DNA of 32,000 nt from an uncultured Cyanobacterium sp. Lineage in GTDB: Bacteria > Cyanobacteriota > Cyanobacteriia > Cyanobacteriales > Cyanobacteriaceae. The stretch is from NCBI GenBank assembly GCA_964409355.1, contig CAYPDC010000004.1, positions 16,335 to 48,334 of the forward strand, read 5' to 3'. Below are positions 26,463 to 32,000 of the stretch, piece by piece (positions within the stretch are counted from its first letter, which is position 1; each line of letters opens with the position of its first letter). The notes under the pieces are model-generated. The model had not been told where the DNA came from. It saw nothing but the letters and a program-made list of their open reading frames with translations, and made no database searches. A program made the position numbers and the translations under genes.

Positions 26463-27826
26463 TTATAGATGTTTGGTGACTATATCCATTAAGTCATTAG
26501 GTAATAAGCCGTGATAGTTTGGTTTTTGTAGATTATCGGAGGCTATATAGTATTTAGCTTTCTCTTCTGGGCTATAAAATAGTCCATCTTGGTAATTGTA
26601 AGTGCCATTGGTTAAAAATTTTAAGGTCATAAAAGGATGAGTTGTGCCTCCTTTTCTTAGGTTTATTTCAATGGCATATAATTGCCATTGATTATTTTTT
26701 TTGACAGCTAAAAAATCAACTCCAAATCTCTCCATTGCACCTTTTTTAACTAATTCTTCTCCTACTTTTAAGGCTAATTCTTGCAGTTGTAAACGATAGC
26801 TGCTATCCGCAGGAAATGAACATCCTAAGTAAATTTGTTGCTCTTCTCCACCTAAAATTTGATCATGGGTGGATAGTATTTCTACTTTTCCATTAGGGGT
26901 AATATATCCTTGTACACTCGGTGAATATTTCTCTTTTCCCTCGATAAATTCCTCGACTATTACTCCTAATTCAGGGATGCGATCGCAGTATGTTAGCCAT
27001 GTTTCTCCTTCTCCTTGCACCTTGGCTTCATGAATAATTTGGGCAATTAAATTTTCACATTTAACTAATGATAAATCAGAGGAAAAAAGTGCAGATATAC
27101 CACTAAGATCTAAAACGGCATTACCCTCTCCTGAAAAGCCTTCATTGAGTTTAAATACTACTTTCTTTAAATTAGTTTTTCGCATCAATAATTCCGCTGT
27201 TTCTCTGATTAAATCATCAATAGTAAATACTAATTTGCTACCGTCGGGATGAAGTAAATTGCATTGAGCAAAAATTTCTCTACTACCACTTTTCGAGCCC
27301 CAATAGCTTAATTCTGGACTGGATGCCAATAAAGGAATGTCTAATTTGATCGATAATTCTTGTTCTAAGGGAGTAGAATTAAAACAAACCATATAACTTT
27401 TATTTGGACGTAAAGAATTCTTAATTTTTGTTACTAAACGTGGTCTTTCTAGTATTTTTTGTGTCAGTGGTTTTAATGAACAATCATAGGTGGTTAATAA
27501 TAATAATAATCTTTCTCTGGCATGGGAAAAGGGAATGCTGGGAAGAAGTTGTAGGTAATAGTCAACGATAATTGGCGATAGAGGTTGTGCGGTGACGTAA
27601 ATCAGCCGAGTATGGGGATTTCTTAACCGAATTAAGGAAAATAATTGTCTTTCTTCGTAATGTAAAAAACCTGCTACTTTTTGCCCACTCTTTGATCTAT
27701 GCTAAAGGAAGGAATGACTAATATATCCGTGTCGTCTTCGTCCAAAATATCCCTATCTTGCCAACAATGACGCAGTTTTTCTTGTAATTCTGTAAATCTT
27801 TGTTTTTCTAACGGAGTAATTGTCAT
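26463..27826 (-). pseudogene. ATP-grasp carboxylate-amine/peptide ligase (PGM1-like), reading frame broken once
   Basis: A 5' ORF at 27826-27674 (50 aa, MTITPLEKQRF...SFSIDQRVGKK*) has a good AAGGAG SD sequence. The protein continues without stops in the -1 frame from 27677 (VAGFLHYEERQLFSLIRLRNPHTRLIYVTAQPL...) into the track ORF 26463..27392. The break lies at GGC AAA AAG TAG (an A5 run). Confidence 0.75.
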
Positions 27827-27860
27827 TTTCTTTCTCCTTTTACCTTCCTTTCTTTAATAT

Positions 27861-27916
27861 AACCTCAGTTCGATGCAAAAATATCGGATAGGGGCAGGTT
27901 TCAGGTTTGACGGTGT
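27861..27916. mobile_element. Partial copy (about 55 nt) of the element C end
   Basis: AACCTCAGTTCGATGCAAAAATATCGGATAGGGGCAGGTTTCAGGTTTGACGGTG aligns to the reverse complement of the right arm of element C (AACCTCAGTTCGATGCAAGAATATAGTATAAAGGCAGGTTTCAGG...TTTGGCGGT). No second terminus is recognisable. Confidence 0.55.
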
Positions 27917-28020
27917 GATTTTCGGAAAATTATATTATTCAATCTATGATCCCTGAAAGTGGTACTGCTCGATCGCATTTTTCTTTCTTTTTATTTACAA
28001 ATATTTATTAATGAAATCCT

Positions 28021-28785
28021 GTGACTATTCTGACAACATTTCAACTATTTTTTTTAGTCCTTATTTTCCTCTTCACCAGCATTATTGGGGTGGTGACGGG
28101 TAGCAATTCTTTAATTACTGTGCCAGTAATGTTAGAATTTGGCATATCTCCCCAAGATGCGATCGCAACTAATATGTTAGCACTAATATTTATGAGTATT
28201 GGGGGGACAATTCCTTTTTTAAAAGGTGATATTTTAAAACAAAGACAAGATATACCCTTACTGTCAATTTTAACAGTTATGGGTTCAATTATAGGAGCAT
28301 TATTAGTATTAGTAATTCCTAGCGAGACTATGCCTTTACTGATTTCTATTTTCATGATAGCCGTTTTAATTTTCTCAATAATTAACCGAAATAAAGGGGT
28401 AGAAAAACAGGAAGAATCATCGCCTTTAGAGAAAAAAATTGGTTATCTTCTTACTTTTTTACTAGGTATTTATGGCGGATTTTTTAGCGGAGGATATGTC
28501 ACGACTTTAACAGCCATTTTTATTGGCTGTTTAAACATGACATTTTTAGAAGCGGTAGCAATTACGAAAGTTTTAAATATTTTTTCTTCTCTAATTGCAA
28601 CGGCTATTTTTATGAGTCAAGGATTAGTGGATTATCCCTTGGGAATTATTTTGGGAATAACGATGTTTTTTGGAGCAATATTAGGGGCAAAATTTGCGAT
28701 TAAAATCAGCAATTTATGGTTAAGAAGAATCTTTATCGTGACGGTAATTATTTTAGCCATTAGAAATATATTGAGCTTATTTTAG
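28021..28785 (+). CDS. TauE/SafE-family sulfite/anion exporter (multi-pass membrane protein)
   Basis: 254 aa with about 7-8 hydrophobic helices. GVVTGSNSLITVPVML and the GIYGGFFSGG motif are typical of TSUP/TauE proteins. The start is a GTG. Confidence 0.75.
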   Translation: MTILTTFQLFFLVLIFLFTSIIGVVTGSNSLITVPVMLEFGISPQDAIATNMLALIFMSIGGTIPFLKGDILKQRQDIPLLSILTVMGSIIGALLVLVIPSETMPLLISIFMIAVLIFSIINRNKGVEKQEESSPLEKKIGYLLTFLLGIYGGFFSGGYVTTLTAIFIGCLNMTFLEAVAITKVLNIFSSLIATAIFMSQGLVDYPLGIILGITMFFGAILGAKFAIKISNLWLRRIFIVTVIILAIRNILSLF

Positions 28786-28834
28786 TTGTGAGATGATCAT
28801 GAAAATTAAGAATTAATAACTATCAATTATCAAA

Positions 28835-28856
28835 TATAGCAGTCCTGATTGCTATA
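28835..28856. repeat. 22-nt hairpin TATAGCA-gtcctgat-TGCTATA built from the TATAGCAAT-type terminal motif
   Basis: Read directly between the convergent TauE and pseudouridine synthase genes. Its arms match the termini of element E (30972-31135). Confidence 0.5.
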
Positions 28857-28874
28857 TTAAGTATAAACTATGAA

Positions 28875-29474
28875 TTAAATACCGTTTAAAATTTGGATTT
28901 CTAAAGAAGTTAATTCTCTCCATTCACCGACATTTAAACCCTCTAAAGTTAAAGATAATTTTTGATTAATACCAATTTTTACTCTGATTAATCGTAGAGT
29001 GGGATAACCAACGGCGGCAGTCATCCTTCTTACTTGACGGTTTCTCCCCTCGGTTAAGGTTAACTCTAGCCAAGCGGTGGGAATGTTTTTGCGATAACGA
29101 ATGGGAGGATTGCGAGGGGGTAATTCTGGTTCAGATTTTAACAAAGATGCGATCGCCTCTTTGGTTTTTTTGCCTTGAATCACCACTCCTTGGGCTAATT
29201 TTTTGATAGCTTCAGGAGTAGGGATATTTTCCACCTGCACCCAATAAGTGCGAGGATGGGCAAAACTAGGCTCACAAAGACGATGTTTAACGCTGGGATT
29301 ATCCGTTAATAATAGCAATCCTTCGCTGTCTAAATCAAGTCTGCCCACAGAATAAATATTAGGTATATTAATATAGTCTTTTAAAGTTTGTCTAGTGTCT
29401 TTATGGGGGCTATCATCGGTAAATTGACACAAAACATTATAGGGTTTATAAAATAAAATATATTGATAACTCAT
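28875..29474 (-). CDS. RsuA/RluE-family rRNA pseudouridine synthase (no S4 domain, RluE-like)
   Basis: 199 aa. It shows [14 protein letters not shown], the catalytic [16 protein letters not shown] motif, and [10 protein letters not shown]. Confidence 0.88.
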   Translation of the reverse strand: MSYQYILFYKPYNVLCQFTDDSPHKDTRQTLKDYINIPNIYSVGRLDLDSEGLLLLTDNPSVKHRLCEPSFAHPRTYWVQVENIPTPEAIKKLAQGVVIQGKKTKEAIASLLKSEPELPPRNPPIRYRKNIPTAWLELTLTEGRNRQVRRMTAAVGYPTLRLIRVKIGINQKLSLTLEGLNVGEWRELTSLEIQILNGI

Positions 29475-29516
29475 TGCTTATTTTTTCATACTTAAATTAT
29501 ATTTTTAAATTAAATA

Positions 29517-30917
29517 ATGAAGACTTTAATCAATAAATATAACAACATAATAACATATACTATCATTAGTTTTTTAGTTTTTTTTCTCGCTAGTAGTGTA
29601 CGTCATATTTTATTTAATTCCCATGCCTTTGATTTAGGTATTTTTGACAATGGTATTTACCTTATTTCTCAAGGAAAAACGCCTTATATTTCTTTTCGAG
29701 AATTACATATTTTAGGAGATCATGCTGCTTGGATTCTCTATTTTATTGCCCCTCTCTATTATATTTTTCCCTCTGTTTATTGGCTATTTTTTCTTCAATC
29801 CTTAGTAAGTGCGATCACAATTTTTCCTATTTGGAAATTAAGTAAATTAAGCGATTTAAGTGACTCAAAAGCAAAGACTGTTTGTCTGATTTATCTTTTA
29901 TATCCCCTAATCTTTAACGTCAATTTATTTGACTTTCACCCTGAAGTGATTGCCTTACCTTTATTTTTTACTGCCCTTTTAGCCGTGAGATTAGATAAAC
30001 TTATTTGGTTTATTGTTTCTATCATGTTCATCTTAGGATGTAAAGCAGTTTTAGCCCTAAATATAATAATGATGGGAATGTGGCTAATGATATTTTATGG
30101 TAAAAAAACTTACGGTTTAATTGCTATTTTTAGCGGAGTGTTTTGGTTTATTATTGCCACTCAATTAATTATCCCGACTTTCAGTGGAGAAGAAGCCGCC
30201 GCCGTCAGTCGTTATGGATTTTTAGGTGATTCTGTCACAAAAATTGCCTTAAATTTAATCTTTAAGCCACGAATTATTTTATCTCACCTTTTTACCCTAG
30301 CTAATGCGGAATATTTAGTCTTACTATTTTTACCGGTAATTCCCGTGTTAGCATGGCAACAAATGTATAATTTAATTCCTGCTATCCCCACTCTTTTTCT
30401 TAATTTAATAACCGAATATCAACCCCAAAAAGATTTAGTTCATCAATATTCATTACCAATAATTCCTTTTTTAATTTTTACCATTATAGCAAGTTTAGCC
30501 CATGGTAAAACATGGCTTTATCACAGTGTCAAAATCAGAATTTGGTCATTAATACTCTTTTTTGCCTTGGCTAAATATGTTTATTTTTTCCCCAATGGTT
30601 TATATTTAAAAAATTTCCATACATGGAAGGCAAGTAATGAAGCTATCAAAATAATTGACACGAAAGAAAGTGTTTTTACCGCCCCTCAATTTGCCCCTCA
30701 TTTAACCCATCGTTTAACCATTGATTTAGCTATAGATACTATCAATTATGAGCAAGTTAGTAAATTTAATTATGTACTTTTAAATCTTGATAATCCCACA
30801 GGATATAGTTCGGCAGAAGACATTAAAAATCTTATTAATTTTCTTGAAAAAAACTCCCTATTTATATTAGAGTATCATCAGAATGATATTTATTTATTTA
30901 AACAAAATAAAGCCTGA
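29517..30917 (+). CDS. DUF2079-like polytopic membrane protein (GT-C-like fold suspected)
   Basis: 466 aa with more than 10 hydrophobic helices followed by a soluble C-terminal domain. FDLGIFDN and GDHAAWILYFIAPLY near the N-terminus resemble DUF2079. The family label is from memory. Confidence 0.6.
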   Translation: MKTLINKYNNIITYTIISFLVFFLASSVRHILFNSHAFDLGIFDNGIYLISQGKTPYISFRELHILGDHAAWILYFIAPLYYIFPSVYWLFFLQSLVSAITIFPIWKLSKLSDLSDSKAKTVCLIYLLYPLIFNVNLFDFHPEVIALPLFFTALLAVRLDKLIWFIVSIMFILGCKAVLALNIIMMGMWLMIFYGKKTYGLIAIFSGVFWFIIATQLIIPTFSGEEAAAVSRYGFLGDSVTKIALNLIFKPRIILSHLFTLANAEYLVLLFLPVIPVLAWQQMYNLIPAIPTLFLNLITEYQPQKDLVHQYSLPIIPFLIFTIIASLAHGKTWLYHSVKIRIWSLILFFALAKYVYFFPNGLYLKNFHTWKASNEAIKIIDTKESVFTAPQFAPHLTHRLTIDLAIDTINYEQVSKFNYVLLNLDNPTGYSSAEDIKNLINFLEKNSLFILEYHQNDIYLFKQNKA

Positions 30918-30971
30918 AGTTATACCATAATACCTTCAATAAAATCTTGAAATATTAACATGATTTTAATA

Positions 30972-31135
30972 TATAGCAATCAGTTATGAGTTGTGAGAAT
31001 ACTATCCTCCCTAACCCCCCTTAAATAAAGCAGGACTGTTTCATTTTCGAGAAACAAAAAAGAGAGGGAGATAGGGAGAAAGGGGGATGGGGGAATTTAG
31101 TTGAAATTTCTTATAAATAATTCCTGATTGCTATA
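30972..31135. mobile_element. MITE-like element E with perfect 12-bp terminal inverted repeats (TIRs) TATAGCAATCAG / CTGATTGCTATA
   Basis: The TIRs lie at 30972-30983 and 31124-31135. The interior has a pyrimidine tract (TCCTCCCTAACCCCCC) and a polypurine tract (GAGAGGGAGATAGGGAGAAAGGGGGATGGGGGAA). The polypurine tract resembles the core of copies A and B. Confidence 0.7.
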
Positions 31136-31190
31136 ATCATTGGACTAAACACCTTTTCACTTTTGGCATATAACAAAAGAAGCCTAAACC

Positions 31191-32000
31191 TCATTGAATT
31201 AACATCGCATCCCCAAAAGAATAGAAACGATATTTTTCCCTAATTGCCTCCTCATAAACCTTCATCAATCTTTCTCTCCCAATTAAAGCACTAACCAACA
31301 TTAATAAACTCGATTTCGGTAAATGAAAATTAGTAATTAATCCATCAATCACTTGAAACTGATACCCCGGATAGATAAATAAATTGGTTTTTCCCTCAAA
31401 TGCCTGTAAACTACCACATTCTTTGCACACCCCTTCTAATGTTCTTACAACCGTAGTACCAACTGCTATCACTTTATTTCCCCTCTCTTTTGTTTCCTTG
31501 ATTAAATTAACGGTTTCTTCCTCAATTTCAATCCATTCTTGGTGCATATCATGGTTAACAATATTTTCTACCTCCACCGGGCGAAATGTGCCAATGCCGA
31601 CATGGAGAGTCACTTCCGTTTTATTGATTCCCTTTGCCTTTAATTGCTCAAATAATCGCTCTGTAAAGTGTAATCCAGCCGTAGGAGATGCGATCGCACC
31701 TTGTTTTTGAGCATAAACTGTTTGATACTGTTGAGGATTAGCCTCAGATTCAGTGACATAGGGAGGAAAAGGAATCTCCCCCACCTTCTCCAACAAGTGC
31801 CAAAAAGAATCTCCCTGCCAAGAAAATTGTAAATATCTTCCCCCCGTTGCCTCATCCTTATCAACTACCGTTGCCTTTAATAAACCATCACCAAAATAAA
31901 TTTCACTACCCAAAGAAAAACGCTTCCCCGGTTTCACCAACGCCAACCAACAATTATCTTCTGTTTCTTCCACCAACAAAACTTCTACTAGCGCCCCAGT
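31191..32000 (-). CDS. queA: S-adenosylmethionine:tRNA ribosyltransferase-isomerase (N-terminus outside window)
   Basis: [10 protein letters not shown]...PFPPYV...YQTVYA...[13 protein letters not shown]...[13 protein letters not shown]...GTTVVRTLE...[12 protein letters not shown] are QueA hallmarks. The frame stays open to base 32000 ([12 protein letters not shown]...). Confidence 0.93.
   Translation of the reverse strand, partial: TGALVEVLLVEETEDNCWLALVKPGKRFSLGSEIYFGDGLLKATVVDKDEATGGRYLQFSWQGDSFWHLLEKVGEIPFPPYVTESEANPQQYQTVYAQKQGAIASPTAGLHFTERLFEQLKAKGINKTEVTLHVGIGTFRPVEVENIVNHDMHQEWIEIEEETVNLIKETKERGNKVIAVGTTVVRTLEGVCKECGSLQAFEGKTNLFIYPGYQFQVIDGLITNFHLPKSSLLMLVSALIGRERLMKVYEEAIREKYRFYSFGDAMLIQ

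Noticed and set aside
28041-28355. 104-aa minus-strand ORF inside the TauE-type gene
   Set aside because: It is antisense to a convincing multi-helix membrane protein and has no independent support.
31384-31864. ORFs 31384..31710 (plus) and 31640..31864 (minus, other frame) within queA
   Set aside because: They overlap the well-supported queA frame and have no motifs or SD sequence.

Overview
This is a 32-kb chromosomal segment from a low-GC cyanobacterium rich in HIP1 (GCGATCGC). The gene content looks like Cyanobacterium/Geminocystis-type Chroococcales, but that taxon is only an inference. Nearly all genes are core functions. In order they are: psbD (partial)-psbC, a PfkB sugar kinase, pyruvate kinase, a DUF433/DUF5615 toxin-antitoxin-like pair, MoeB-rhodanese, a hybrid histidine kinase, dnaN, a TerB/Mo-nitrogenase-C-domain protein, ispG and an HI0933-type flavoprotein. 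These are followed by a Ycf66-like protein with a very long acidic tail, a lipoprotein cyclophilin, an FHA-PAS-GGDEF cyclase, hemA, apcA-apcB-apcC, a DUF3153-like lipoprotein, initiator tRNA-Met and PBP4/dacB. The window ends with ftrC, a frame-disrupted PGM1-like ATP-grasp ligase, a TauE-type exporter, an RluE-like pseudouridine synthase, a DUF2079 membrane protein and queA (partial). I saw no transposase, phage genes, CRISPR array or recognisable defence island. Four observations stand out. (1) At 24.6-25.6 kb there is a minus-strand cluster of three small genes missing from the ORF track. It contains rpmF, a 48-aa GifA/IF7-like glutamine-synthetase inactivating factor, and a 50-aa helical protein that may be PirA-like. 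The GifA-like gene is preceded by a glutamine (glnA-type) riboswitch and an NtcA-like box. (2) Several MITE-like non-autonomous repeats share an ACCT(C/G)AGTTCGAT end or a TATAGCAAT-type end. One copy carries a nested hairpin element. (3) Heptamer tandem arrays (GAGTTCG and AATTCTT families) sit at gene ends. (4) The ATP-grasp gene is broken at C-AAA-AAG-TAG, so a 1-nt indel and a programmed -1 frameshift cannot be told apart from this sequence alone. I did not find a clear multi-gene system of wholly unknown type. The candidates above are what I can support.
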